Shown here: positions 19,617 to 39,094 of the stretch, piece by piece
Position numbering within the stretch: position 1 is the first letter of the stretch
Layout of the letters: every line of letters begins with the position of its first letter
Assembly: GCF_009914755.1 (NCBI RefSeq)
Contig: NC_060943.1
Direction: 5' to 3' (one strand)
Source of the DNA: the human T2T-CHM13v2.0 reference genome, Homo sapiens
DNA length: 64,000 nt
Position numbers and translations under genes: made by a program
The notes under the pieces: model-generated
Database searches by the model: none
What the model was told of the DNA's origin: nothing
What the model saw: the letters and a program-made list of their open reading frames with translations, nothing else

Positions 19617-21260
19617 CCCACTGCCAACCCCAGAATAAGGGAGTGCTCAGAATTTCGAGGGGACATGGGTGGGGATCAGAACTTCTGGGCTTGAGTGCAG
19701 AGGGGGCCCATACTCCTTGGTTCCGAAGGAGGAAGAGGCTGGAGGTGAATGTCCTTGGAGAGGAGGAATGTGGGTTCTGAACTCTTAAATCCCCAAGGGA
19801 GGAGACTGGTAAGGTCCCAGCTTCCGAGGTACTGACGTGGGAATGGCCTGAGAGGTCTAAGAATCCCGTATCCTCGGGAAGAAGGGGCTGAAATTGTGAG
19901 GGGTTGAGTTGCAGGGGTTTGTTAGCTTGAGACTCCTTGGTGGGTCCCTGGGAAGCAAGGACTGGAACCATTGGCTCCAGGGTTTGGTGTGAAGGTAATG
20001 GAATCTCCTGATTCTCAAAGGGTCAGAGGACTGAGAGTTGCCCATGCTTTGATCTTTCCATCTACTCCTTACTCCACTTGAGGGTAATCACCTACTCTTC
20101 TAGTTCCACAAGAGTGCGCCTGCGCGAGTATAATCTGCACATGTGCCATGTCCCGAGGCCTGGGGCATCATCCACTCATCATTCAGCATCTGCACTATGC
20201 GGGCGAGGCCGGCGCCATGACGTCATGTAGCTGCGACTATCCCTGCAGCGCGCCTCTCCCGTCACGTCCCAACCATGGAGCTGTGGACGTGCGTCCCCTG
20301 GTGGATGTGGCCTGCGTGGTGCCAGGCCGGGGCCTGGTGTCCGATAAAGATCCTAGAACCACAGGAAACCAGGACTGAAAGGTGCTAGAGAATGGCCATA
20401 TGTCGCTGTCCATGAAATCTCAAGGACTTCTGGGTGGAGGGCACAGGAGCCTGAACTTACGGGTTTGCCCCACTCCACTGTCCTCCCAAGTGAGTCTCCC
20501 AGATACGAGGCACTGTGCCAGCATCAGCTTCATCTGTACCACATCTTGTAACAGGGACTACCCAGGGCCCTGATGAACACCATGGTGTGTGCAGGAAGAG
20601 CGGGTGAAGGCACGGACTCCTGTGTGGTCAGAGCCCAGAGGGGGCCATGACGGGTGGGGAGGAGGCTGTGGACTGGCTCGAGAAGTGGGATGTGGTTGTG
20701 TTTGATCTCCTTTGGCCAGATAAAGTGCTGGATATAGCATTGAAAACGGAGTATGAAGACCAGTTAGAATGGAGGGTCAGGTTGGAGTTGAGTTACAGAT
20801 GGGGTAAAATTCTGCTTCGGATGAGTTTGGGGATTGGCAATTTAAAGGTGGTTTGGGATGGCATGGCTTTGGGATGGAAATAGGTTTGTTTTTATGTTGG
20901 CTGGGAAGGGTGTGGGGATTGAATTGGGGATGAAGTAGGTTTAGTTTTGGAGATAGAATACATGGAGCTGGCTATTGCATGCGAGGATGTGCATTAGTTT
21001 GGTTTGATCTTTAAATGAAGGAGGCTATTAGGGTTGTCTTGAATTAGATTAAGTTGTGTTGGGTTGATGGGTTGGGCTTGTGGGTGATGTGGTTGGATTG
21101 GGCTGTGTTAAATTGGTTTGGGTCAGGTTTTGGTTGAGGTTATCATGGGGATGAGGATATGCTTGGGACACTGGATTCAGGTGGTTCTCATTCAAGCTGA
21201 GGCAAATTTCCTTTCAGACGGTCATTCCAGGGAACGAGTGGTTGTGTGGGGGAAATCAGG
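19617..21260 (+). pseudogene. KLK15-like pseudogene fragments upstream of KLK2 (exon 3 20104-20381, exon 4 20491-20626, possible exon-5 start ~21220)
   Basis: Translates to STRVRLREYNL, RHDVM*LRL, ACVVPGRGLVSDKDPRTTG, VSLPDTRHCASISFICTTSCNRDYPG and MNTMVCAG...TDSC. Confidence 0.85.
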
Positions 21261-21587
21261 CCACTGGCTGTGAATATCCCTCTATCCTGGTCTTGAATTG
21301 TGATTATCTATGTCCACTTCTGTCTCCTTCACTGTACTTGGAATTGATCTGGTCATTCAGCTGGAAATGGGGGAAGATTTTGTCAAATTCTTGAGACACA
21401 GCTGGGTCTGGATCAGCGTAAGCTGCTCTGGTTTTATTGAACAGATGAAATCACATTTTTTTTTTCAAAATCAAAGAAATCTTATAGAGTTAACAGTGGA
21501 CTCTTATAATAAGAGTTAACACCAGGACTCTTATTCTTGATTCTTTTCTGAGACACCAAAATGAGATTTCTCAATGCCACCCTAATT

Positions 21588-21910
21588 CTTTTTTTTTTTT
21601 TTTTTTTTTTTGAGACACAGTCTGGGTCTTTTGCTCTGTCACTCAGGCTGGAGCGCAGTGGTGTGATCATAGCTCACTGAACCCTTGACCTCCTGGACTT
21701 AAGGGATCCTCCTGCTTCAGCCTCCTGAGTAGATGGGGCTACAGGTGCTTGCCACCACACCTGGCTAATTAAATTTTTTTTTTTTTTTTGTAGAGAAAGG
21801 GTCTCACTTTGTTGCCCTGGCTGATCTTGAACTTCTGACTTCAAGTGATTCTTCAGCCTTGGACTCCCAAAGCACTGGGATTGCTGGCATGAGCCACTCA
21901 CCGTGCCTGG
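21588..21910 (-). mobile_element. Alu (J-like), shared with the KLK3 upstream region
   Basis: Same flanks as the Alu at 3113. Confidence 0.9.
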
Positions 21911-22448
21911 CTTGCAGCTTAATCTTGGAGTGTATAAACCTGGCTCCTGATAGCTAGACATTTCAGTGAGAAGGAGGCATTGGATTTTGCATGAGGACAA
22001 TTCTGACCTAGGAGGGCAGGTCAACAGGAATCCCCGCTGTACCTGTACGTTGTACAGGCATGGAGAATGAGGAGTGAGGAGCCACCGGAACCCCATATTG
22101 TTTAGTGGACATTGGATTTTGAAATAATAGGGAACTTGGTCTGGGAGAGTCATATTTCTGGATTGGACAATATGTGGTATCACAAGGTTTTATGATGAGG
22201 GAGAAATGTATGTGGGGAACCATTTTCTGAGTGTGGAAGTGCAAGAATCAGAGAGTACTGAATGCCAACGCTTCTATTTCAGGAACATGGTAAGTTGGAG
22301 GTCCAGCTTCTGGGCTCAGACGGGTATAGGGACCAGGAAGTCTCACAATCCGATCATTCTGATATTTCAGGGCATATTAGGTTTGGGGTGCAAAGGAAGT
22401 ACTTGGGACTTAGGCACATGAGACTTTGTATTGAAAATCAATGATTGG

Positions 22449-22745
<297 letters not shown>

Positions 22746-22894
22746 GAATCAGTGATCATCCCAACCCCTGTTGCTGTTCATCCTGAGCCTGCCTTCTCTG
22801 GCTTTGTTCCCTAGATCACATCTCCATGATCCATAGGCCCTGCCCAATCTGACCTCACACCGTGGGAATGCCTCCAGACTGATCTAGTATGTGT

Positions 22895-22909
22895 GGAACA
22901 GCAAGTGCT
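22895..22909 (+). promoter_or_regulatory. KLK2 promoter ARE (GGAACAgcaAGTGCT)
   Basis: Paralog of KLK3 AREI. TTTATA is at 23037-23042 and the TSS at ~23065. Confidence 0.92.
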
Positions 22910-23105
22910 GGCTCTCCCTCCCCTTCCACAGCTCTGGGTGTGGGAGGGGGTTGTCCAGCCTCCAGCAGCATGGGGAGGGCCTTGGTCAGCATCTAGGTGC
23001 CAACAGGGCAAGGGCGGGGTCCTGGAGAATGAAGGCTTTATAGGGCTCCTCAGGGAGGCCCCCCAGCCCCAAACTCACCACCTGGCCGTGGACACCTGTG
23101 TCAGC

Positions 23106-28191
<5,086 letters not shown>

Positions 28192-28841
28192 GTGCCCCTG
28201 TCCCACCCCTACCTCTAGTAAATTTAAGTCCACCTCACGTTCTGGCATCACTTGGCCTTTCTGGATGCTGGACACCTGAAGCTTGGAACTCACCTGGCCG
28301 AAGCTCGAGCCTCCTGAGTCCTACTGACCTGTGCTTTCTGGTGTGGAGTCCAGGGCTGCTAGGAAAAGGAATGGGCAGACACAGGTGTATGCCAATGTTT
28401 CTGAAATGGGTATAATTTCGTCCTCTCCTTCGGAACACTGGCTGTCTCTGAAGACTTCTCGCTCAGTTTCAGTGAGGACACACACAAAGACGTGGGTGAC
28501 CATGTTGTTTGTGGGGTGCAGAGATGGGAGGGGTGGGGCCCACCCTGGAAGAGTGGACAGTGACACAAGGTGGACACTCTCTACAGATCACTGAGGATAA
28601 GCTGGAGCCACAATGCATGAGGCACACACACAGCAAGGATGACGCTGTAAACATAGCCCACGCTGTCCTGGGGGCACTGGGAAGCCTAGATAAGGCCGTG
28701 AGCAGAAAGAAGGGGAGGATCCTCCTATGTTGTTGAAGGAGGGACTAGGGGGAGAAACTGAAAGCTGATTAATTACAGGAGGTTTGTTCAGGTCCCCCAA
28801 ACCACCGTCAGATTTGATGATTTCCTAGCAGGACTTACAGA

Positions 28842-28847
28842 AATAAA
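28842..28847 (+). terminator. KLK2 proximal poly(A) signal
   Basis: AATAAA paralogous to the KLK3 signal. Confidence 0.8.
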
Positions 28848-30169
28848 GAGCTATCATGCTGTGGTTTATTATGGTTTGTTACATTGATAGGATACATACT
28901 GAAATCAGCAAACAAAACAGATGTATAGATTAGAGTGTGGAGAAAACAGAGGAAAACTTGCAGTTACGAAGACTGGCAACTTGGCTTTACTAAGTTTTCA
29001 GACTGGCAGGAAGTCAAACCTATTAGGCTGAGGACCTTGTGGAGTGTAGCTGATCCAGCTGATAGAGGAACTAGCCAGGTGGGGGCCTTTCCCTTTGGAT
29101 GGGGGGCATATCTGACAGTTATTCTCTCCAAGTGGAGACTTACGGACAGCATATAATTCTCCCTGCAAGGATGTATGATAATATGTACAAAGTAATTCCA
29201 ACTGAGGAAGCTCACCTGATCCTTAGTGTCCAGGGTTTTTACTGGGGGTCTGTAGGACGAGTATGGAGTACTTGAATAATTGACCTGAAGTCCTCAGACC
29301 TGAGGTTCCCTAGAGTTCAAACAGATACAGCATGGTCCAGAGTCCCAGATGTACAAAAACAGGGATTCATCACAAATCCCATCTTTAGCATGAAGGGTCT
29401 GGCATGGCCCAAGGCCCCAAGTATATCAAGGCACTTGGGCAGAACATGCCAAGGAATCAAATGTCATCTCCCAGGAGTTATTCAAGGGTGAGCCCTTTAC
29501 TTGGGATGTACAGGCTTTGAGCAGTGCAGGGCTGCTGAGTCAACCTTTTATTGTACAGGGGATGAGGGAAAGGGAGAGGATGAGGAAGCCCCCCTGGGGA
29601 TTTGGTTTGGTCTTGTGATCAGGTGGTCTATGGGGCTATCCCTACAAAGAAGAATCCAGAAATAGGGGCACATTGAGGAATGATACTGAGCCCAAAGAGC
29701 ATTCAATCATTGTTTTATTTGCCTTCTTTTCACACCATTGGTGAGGGAGGGATTACCACCCTGGGGTTATGAAGATGGTTGAACACCCCACACATAGCAC
29801 CGGAGATATGAGATCAACAGTTTCTTAGCCATAGAGATTCACAGCCCAGAGCAGGAGGACGCTGCACACCATGCAGGATGACATGGGGGATGCGCTCGGG
29901 ATTGGTGTGAAGAAGCAAGGACTGTTAGAGGCAGGCTTTATAGTAACAAGACGGTGGGGCAAACTCTGATTTCCGTGGGGGAATGTCATGGTCTTGCTTT
30001 ACTAAGTTTTGAGACTGGCAGGTAGTGAAACTCATTAGGCTGAGAACCTTGTGGAATGCAGCTGACCCAGCTGATAGAGGAAGTAGCCAGGTGGGAGCCT
30101 TTCCCAGTGGGTGTGGGACATATCTGGCAAGATTTTGTGGCACTCCTGGTTACAGATACTGGGGCAGCA

Positions 30170-30175
30170 AATAAA
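30170..30175 (+). terminator. KLK2 distal poly(A) signal
   Basis: AATAAA consistent with the long-3'UTR KLK2 mRNA. Confidence 0.65.
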
Positions 30176-30686
30176 ACTGAATCTTGTTTTCAGACCTTAT
30201 ACTGTGTAATTGTAAGTGGACATTTAGTAATGTACAGGGGGTCAGGGAAAGACGGGGGATAGTGAATGCACCTGTGGGACTGGTTTGGTTTTGTGATTGA
30301 GTAACCCATGGAGTTATCTCTGCAATGATGAATTGTTTGAAAGAAACCTGATTGATTTTATACTGAATTAGAAGTTAATAAGCATGCTGAAAAATAAGAG
30401 AACATATTAGGAATATTGAGCAAGACTAACATACATAAAATATGAGAAAAAGGTAGGAAATATTAGGTGGGAAAAATATGATAATTGGAAAAAGTAAAAA
30501 AAATGGATTAATAGAATTGAGTAGAGGTGAAGAACGCAATAGTGACATTTTAGACTAGATTGAAGAAAAATGTCAAAGAAATACTGAATGATGTGAGTGC
30601 TGGCAGTGCAGATACTGAACACTAAAGACTCAGGAAGAGAGAAAAATAGGAAAGGAGGAAACACATGACTAAACACTGAAGGCAGG

Positions 30687-30991
30687 TTTTTTTTTTTTTT
30701 TTTTTTTTCGCAGAGTTTCACTCTTATCGCCCAGGCTGGAGTGCAATGGCTCAGTCTCGGCTCACTGCAACCCCTGCCTCCCAGTTCAAGTGATTCTCCT
30801 GCTTCAGCCTCCCCAGTAGCTGGGATTACAGGTGCACACCACCACACCTGGCTAATTTTGCATTTTTAATAGAGACGGGGCTTCTCCATGTTGGTCAGGC
30901 TGGTCACGAGCTCCTGACCTCAGGTGATCCGCCTGCCTTGGCCTCCCAAAGTGCTGGGATTGATTACAGGCGTGAGCCACCGCACCCAGCC
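30687..30991 (-). mobile_element. Alu
   Basis: Reverse Alu with a ctgaagg target-site-like duplication. Confidence 0.95.
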
Positions 30992-31819
30992 TGAAGGTAA
31001 GTTTTATAGAATTTAAAATATCTGAACGACCTCAGATCAATAGAATCCATAGAGTGTGATTGAGTAGAAAGAAGGAAAGGCTATGAAACAAAAAAGAAAA
31101 CTAGTATTGTCATTGACAAAAAATGTCATTGACAAAGCCCTGGAGAGAAAGGATGGCGGAAATATTGAAGGAAAAGAATGTAGAACTAGAATATAAATTC
31201 ATTCCAACAGTTTGGCAGTGTGTATCAATAGCCTTTTTTAGACAATGCAACATTCTCATACATTGCTTAAGGGAGTATAAATTGGTATACTCATTTTAGA
31301 AAATGATTTAGAAGTATATGTTGCAGCTGAACATATGCATGACCTATCAGTATCAATCTTAGAAATATACCCCCTAGAAACCCTAGAAATACTTCATATT
31401 TTCATAAAAATCCTCGTACCAGAAAGTTCATAGCATCCTCAAACCAGAAACTGCCCAAAATGTTTATCTATAGGAGAATGGAGAAATAAATGGCATATTC
31501 ATACCAATGAATAGTGTGTGTAATGAACAAGGATTATGTTTCATCCAAGACAGAGATGGGGCTTTAAAGAGACTGCCACAGGAACACAAAGAGAAAACCA
31601 GAGACGGAGAGACAGCAGGGGAAACAGAATCTGAGATAGACAATGACAAAATGGGAAGAGAAAAAACAAGGTAGCTGGAGACACACAGAGAGACACAGAC
31701 AAACAGGAAGACAGTATCCCCTCGTGGTTAACATCACAGCTTCTGTTTATTAAGCACCTAATGTGTTACAACTGCACAGATCCCATTGAACCATGGGCCC
31801 TCTCCCTCACCTCCCCAAG

Positions 31820-33230
31820 GAGGCAGCATGCAGGAGCTCAACTAGGCAGAGAATCCAGGAGTCCTGAGGTGGTTGCATGAATGGACAGCATACACTAAAT
31901 GAAGAAATGCTAGACCTGCCCTGGTGTACTGAGCATGAGGGATTTAAAGGCTTTGGGTAATGGGAACACGATCATACATTCATCATTGTGACCTGCACAC
32001 CCACCCTGGGAGGCTCCAGAGGGCGCACCTTTCACTACAACAGGAGAAATGAATTTGTGAGGGGAGTACCAGCATCCTTGAAGAGCTATATGATCCCTCA
32101 CCTCTGTAGGTCAGAAATTATGTGGGAATGGCTGACACTGAAGCAGGAAATCTCAATTCAGTGAGGATAACTGGATACCAAGATGGTTGAGGCCAAGTGA
32201 CGCTAATTTCACCTAAACATCGGCATGGTTAGTACAATAGACAGCACAGTCAACACAGTAATCATGATAGTCTGACTTCGGAGAACTATGGTGCTGGCTA
32301 GTTGATCACAGTGTTCCTGGAAGAGAAATAGATTGGAAAAGACTAAATTATTTCTATGTAATCAGAAGACTTCTTGGGTCCAGTGAACAGAAGTATAATT
32401 TGAATCATAAAAGCAAAGAATCCTGGCCCATCGTTCAATTCATAAACTTGAGTCAGTTACCAGATGTTTTGGAGATTATTGGACACTGATTCTTAACTGA
32501 CACTAATTACAAGAGACCCAAAACACCACTGTAGTCCAACAATCAGTGTGGCGCCTGGTGGAGGTCAGGAGTTGTGGCCAAGGCCCATCTCACAATGGGT
32601 CCCGTGGGTCTCTGAACCTACCCTTCCGGTATTTCACCAATTACAGAATAATGCATAACTGGGACAGGCATGCTGAGAAAGTGACAGAATTTCCACATGG
32701 GCTTCCAGACCTGTGGATGAGGGATGTTACACCAGACAAGTCCAGGTGGAAGTCGCTAGGACTTAGCCCCATCTAGGCTAGCCCCACCTAGCCCCATCTA
32801 GGAGGGATCAGGGGTTACACCAAGCTCCGGTCCTTCCTTTATCATGTGGCTGCACCCAGCTGAATCCCGTCGTATCTCCACACCTAGGGAAATCATAAAC
32901 CAAAAGCAAGTCTGCGTTCCTGCAGGGATTACAGAGGTTGGTGACACTGTCAATGATTGAAGGACGCAGGAGTGGTGGTTCCCACTACATCCACATCCAG
33001 TTCACCTATTTGGCCCATGCTGAAAACAGACAGATCTTCGGGGATGATAGTGAGTTATCCTAAGTATAACCAGGCAGTGAATTTCATTACAGCTCTTCAT
33101 GTGGCTTCATTGTTTGAGCAAATAACACATCTCCTGGTACCTCATATGCAGCTATTGACCTGGTTAATGTTTTGTTTCACCTCAATATCTTAATAAAGGC
33201 AACCAGCAGCAGTTCGTTCTCTACTGACAA
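31820..33230 (+). mobile_element. ERV-L internal gag-pro-pol remnant
   Basis: ORF 32957-33193 (KDAGVVVPTTSTSSSPIWPMLKTDRSSGMIVSYPKYNQAV) resembles the ERV-L reverse-transcriptase N-terminus. Confidence 0.75.
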
Positions 33231-33829
33231 GGCTTTATTATCCATGAATATCCTCTTGGTGTCTCAGTGATGATGCATCCACTGTCATTTCTGATCTTAC
33301 TAACATGTATCTTCTGTTTTTTTTTTTGTCTTTGTTATCCTGGCTACAGAATTATCAATTTTATTGATCTTTTAAAAGAAACAGTTGTTTTAGTTGATTT
33401 TCTCTATAGGTTGTTTTTAATTTCGCCAATTTCTGCCATAATTTTTATTATTTATTTTCTTAGGTTTGCATTAGGCTTAAATTGCTCTCTGAGTCCATGG
33501 GAGGTTGGACTGGAAGCTGGGATTCAGAGTGGGAGTCTGGGAGTGGGTCCAGATAGAGGGTGTGGCTGGAGGTGAGTTCTTTGGGACTGGAGAAGATCTA
33601 GGGGCTAGGTGGGATGTGGCTAGCGTCTGATGGGCTGTGGGGCACCCAGGGGTCTGACCTGGTGTCTGAGGGAACAATAGATCATCGGAGATGTGAGATA
33701 TGAAAACGAAGAGGAAGAACATGTTGGGCAGGAGAAAACACAAGGGTGGTAAAAGGAAGTTTTTTTACATAGCTGTTGGGATGAATTTGTATCTGGAGAG
33801 ATTCAGGTGGGGCCAGGAAGGTTCAGCTT

Positions 33830-34840
<1,011 letters not shown>

Positions 34841-36370
34841 TCAGCTCCTGGCCTCCACCCTTCTCTGCTGGAGAGCCCCCCCTTTCTTCCCTTCCACCTC
34901 TCACTCACTGCACGTTCCTCCAGTTCTCCCAGTGTTCTGGGCCCTGTTTATGCCCATGGTAGATATAACAACAGTAATTCAATCGGGATGAGCAAACCCT
35001 GCCCTACTCTTCGGTGCATATGTGTGTGTGACTTTGACTTTGAAGGTCCTTTGACTTTGAAATGTCTCTGTTTGGTATCTGTGCATAGTGAAGCTCTGTG
35101 TGTGCATGTACATGGGTGGTGGGAGTGTGAGGCTCTGTCTGTCCACTACCTGCCCATATGTGTGCATTTGTCCTCAAATGCAAAACCTGATGAGTCACCT
35201 TCAATACCAAGTATCTCTGATGTGGGCACTGATCCAGACGTAGATTATTTCCTTTCCTGGCTGCCTGTGTCTCTAGCTACACCTTTGACCTTGAATGGCC
35301 AACCGTGTGTCTGGGTACTACCCTGGCATCTGCTCTAGTGGGTCCATATCCGAATGCCTGGCCTCTGGGACTGCGCCTGCAACTTTGAATCACCGCACAC
35401 TGGCTTCTGCATGAATCGCAGTGTTGACCTTGACTGTCATATCCGGTCCTGTGATTATGTCTGAATTACTTCGGCCATATTTGTTTCTCAAATCTGAATA
35501 TCCACAGATGCTATGTATCTCCCACCCATCTAACCTTTACAGCAACCTCCAATTTACAGACGAAATGGAGGCACAGTGAGATCAAAGAATTTTCTCAAAG
35601 TCTCAAAGCTGATATTTTTGAATGCAGGTGGTCAGACTCTGGATATAACCACCATACTCATGTCTGTGAATCAGTGTCTGGGACTCTGAGTGCATATCCC
35701 TGTCTCTTCCCTTTGTAATCTTATTAAAGACCCAACCTTGTACATCCAGACCCTGTGTGCAAGTGTGTACCCACGTGACCTTGCACACCCAGAGCCACAC
35801 TGGAGGTTATGAATTTAGGTTTGAGCTCTTATGTCCAAATCTGTGTCTATGAATGTGTATGTGTGTGCTTACACCCATGCCTGTCCATATTTATATGCAC
35901 ATGTGATCACTTGGGCTCTTATTATATAAGCCACACGTACATGCATATGAATTTCTGCTTAAGGCACACAGTCTATATATGTATCCAAGCCTGGAAACCA
36001 TCTTGTGCCTGTATGTATGTCCATGACCTTGTGTGGTCACATATGTGTCCTTCCCTGGCATGCTGAGTTTGGCTTAGATCTCCAGATTCTGAGGCCAAGA
36101 ATGCTACCGTACAAATTGAATGGACACGTCTGTTTGAGGTCTCTGACATATGAAAGCAACCGTCTGTCTAAACCTGTATCCAGTGAACCTGTCTCCATCT
36201 CCAATCACAGAGGGAATTTTGCCCTCTGGTCCTTCATTTCCCTTCTGTCTGTCTCTCTCTGGCTCTCAGGAACCTATCACATGTAGGATAGGAGATGAAA
36301 GGAGAAGTTCTGGAAAAACAGGCTGCAGCTGTAAAACCTAAAGAGAGGAGAGTGCTTCAAAAATAACAGA

Positions 36371-36845
<475 letters not shown>

Positions 36846-37350
36846 CTATTCCTTTCCGCAGAGGCTCAGGATGGCAATGGGGAGGTGTGGGGAGGGGTGA
36901 GAGAGACTCGAGAGAGAGAGAGAGATGGGCAGAGAGATGGGGACTGAGATACACAATGACAGAGATGGCCGAGAGAGAGAGATGGGCAGAGAGATGGGGG
37001 CTGAGATACACAATGACAGAGATGGCCAAGAGAGATGCAGAGAAAAACAGAGACGGGGAGACACAGAGACAAGAGACAGAGAAGAGAGAGGGAGATCAAG
37101 GCCGAAACACAGCCACACAGACACAGCAGAGCCATATACCAAGAGACACAGAGAGACTAGATGGACAGATATACGGTGAGAGACCAAGGCAGCCCCCAGG
37201 AAGGTGGTCCCCAATGCCTGTTCATGCAACCTGAACCAGAACCTTCCCTGTCTCTCTCCCTCTGTCCCCAGCCTCATCTGAGGGGAAATGCCCAACTGTT
37301 ATTCCTGTGGGGCACAGACACCCCTCCCCAGACCCCAGGTCCCCACTCAC

Positions 37351-37506
37351 CGGGTGATGCAGTGAGCAGTAGTGAGCACCCAGTGAGGATGCAGCAGGAC
37401 GTCCTTGCACTGGAAGTTGCCGAAATGGTACAACCCTGCCAGGGTTGGGAAAGCTTCTCACACTCCCAGCCTCCCACAGTCTGGGACTGGATGGCAATCA
37501 CAGCAT
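37351..37506 (-). pseudogene. KLKP1: Classical-kallikrein exon-2 relic (156 nt, 4-nt frameshift), intact AG/GT
   Basis: [23 protein letters not shown], then after the shift LYHFGNFQCKDVLLHPHWVLTTAHCIT. The flanking introns resemble KLK2/3 introns 1-2. Confidence 0.92.
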
Positions 37507-38214
37507 CTGCAGAGGGAGTGCTGGGTCAGGGAGGGCAGGCTTGGCAGGAGGGCCCAGGGACTGGGCTAAGAGAGGGAGCTGGGCTGTGGGTTTGAAGGGG
37601 GCAGAGGACCAGGGCTGGGGATCCAGGGACACAGGAGGGCCTGAGATTCTGGACCATTCCTTGGGGTTTGGGTTGGTGGCTGTTCCTGGTGGGGAGACTT
37701 TGCTCTGAGAGCAGGGCAAACCCCAGGGATTAGGGTAGGAGACATGAGATTGCCTGGAGCAGGCATTGGGTTGGGAGCAAAGTATGTGGGGTGATTTGGG
37801 GTCTTGTCTAGGAGGCTGTGGTGGGGAGATGAAGGACAGAGTGCTTGTGGGTTTATGAGCTTCTTGAGTCTGGGATGTCCTGCTCCTATGGACAGGGGAC
37901 ATTTTCCCAAGTTAGCAGTTTTTTCAGCCAAATTACCTAATATGATGCTACACCCAGATCAGGGTGGCAGGAGAAGAGTCAGGAATGGGGACCTAGGGAC
38001 AGACACCTGATCCAGTCCCCAAGGCTTCTCCTCTTCCTGGTCAGCACTCTCTGAAGACAGTGGGTCTCTTCTCTACTGGTTCCATGTCTCTGCCATTAGC
38101 TCAGATTCCATCTTCTTGTCCTTGTCTTTCCGTCTCCATCTCTGTCTGTCTCTTTGCATGTGTATATTTGTGTGTGTGTATCTTATTTTTTTTCTGTTTC
38201 TCTAAAAATCCTGT

Positions 38215-38845
38215 CTGAGAGAAACTTTACTAGTTGTTCTAGAGGAAGGAAGTCTTAAGGATGAGCTTTCTGAATTAGTTCTGGCATTTCTAGTGTTTGG
38301 AATTGGTTCTGTAATGCGAATAAATTAAAGGCACCACAACTCTATTTTCAGTAATACAAACAGAAATAAAAGTCCGTGGTGTAATGTGGCAATAGAGATA
38401 TGCAAAATAACACCACTGGATATTCCGAATCAAATAAAGGAGAAATGACCAGGGTGATCATGTATATGACACTTTAGAATATTTTTTAAAGTAACAAGCA
38501 TAATGAAATTGGATGATTGCTTCTAGTTGTGTTGGCAAAAGTGGAAAAAGAAAAGAATGAGCACAGGACTTTAAATTTCCAGATCTCAGACTGAAGAAAT
38601 AATCTAAAGTTGCTATGTCTATGATGTTGAAAGAAACCTTTATCTCCTGTAGCCACAGAGCTGAGATTTCTGAAAATCAAACCTAGAATCTTATTGTGTG
38701 AGTGGCTGAATTACAGTGCTAATTAAATCCTCAGCATGCATGCTGTCTGCCATTAAAGTGAAGGCATAATTGAAAGGGTAGGGATCCCAAAAGTTGGAAT
38801 GAAGACATGTGGGAAGACTCTGATTATGGTCAGGAGACTGGGGAA
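38215..38845 (+). mobile_element. ERV-L internal 5' (leader/gag) remnant
   Basis: gttctagaggaa...ggaattggttct and gggatcccaaaagttggaatgaagacatgtgggaagactctgat resemble ERV-L gag. Confidence 0.55.
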
Positions 38846-39094
38846 AGGGTCTAGTTAGAGGATGTGGCCTGAGGCTTTAAAAATGAAGATCCAGGGGACA
38901 GATAGAATGTGGCCAGTGTCTGGCAGGATGTGGGGCACTTGGCATCTATCCTGGTGCCTGAGGAAGCAGTGAACTCTCCCAAGAGGGAGAACCCAAGAGG
39001 AAGAGCATGTTGGGGAGGAGGAGAGACAAATGGCGAAAGGAAATTTATTATGCCAAAGGTGGGATGAATTTGTATCTGGAAGGATCCAGCTAGA

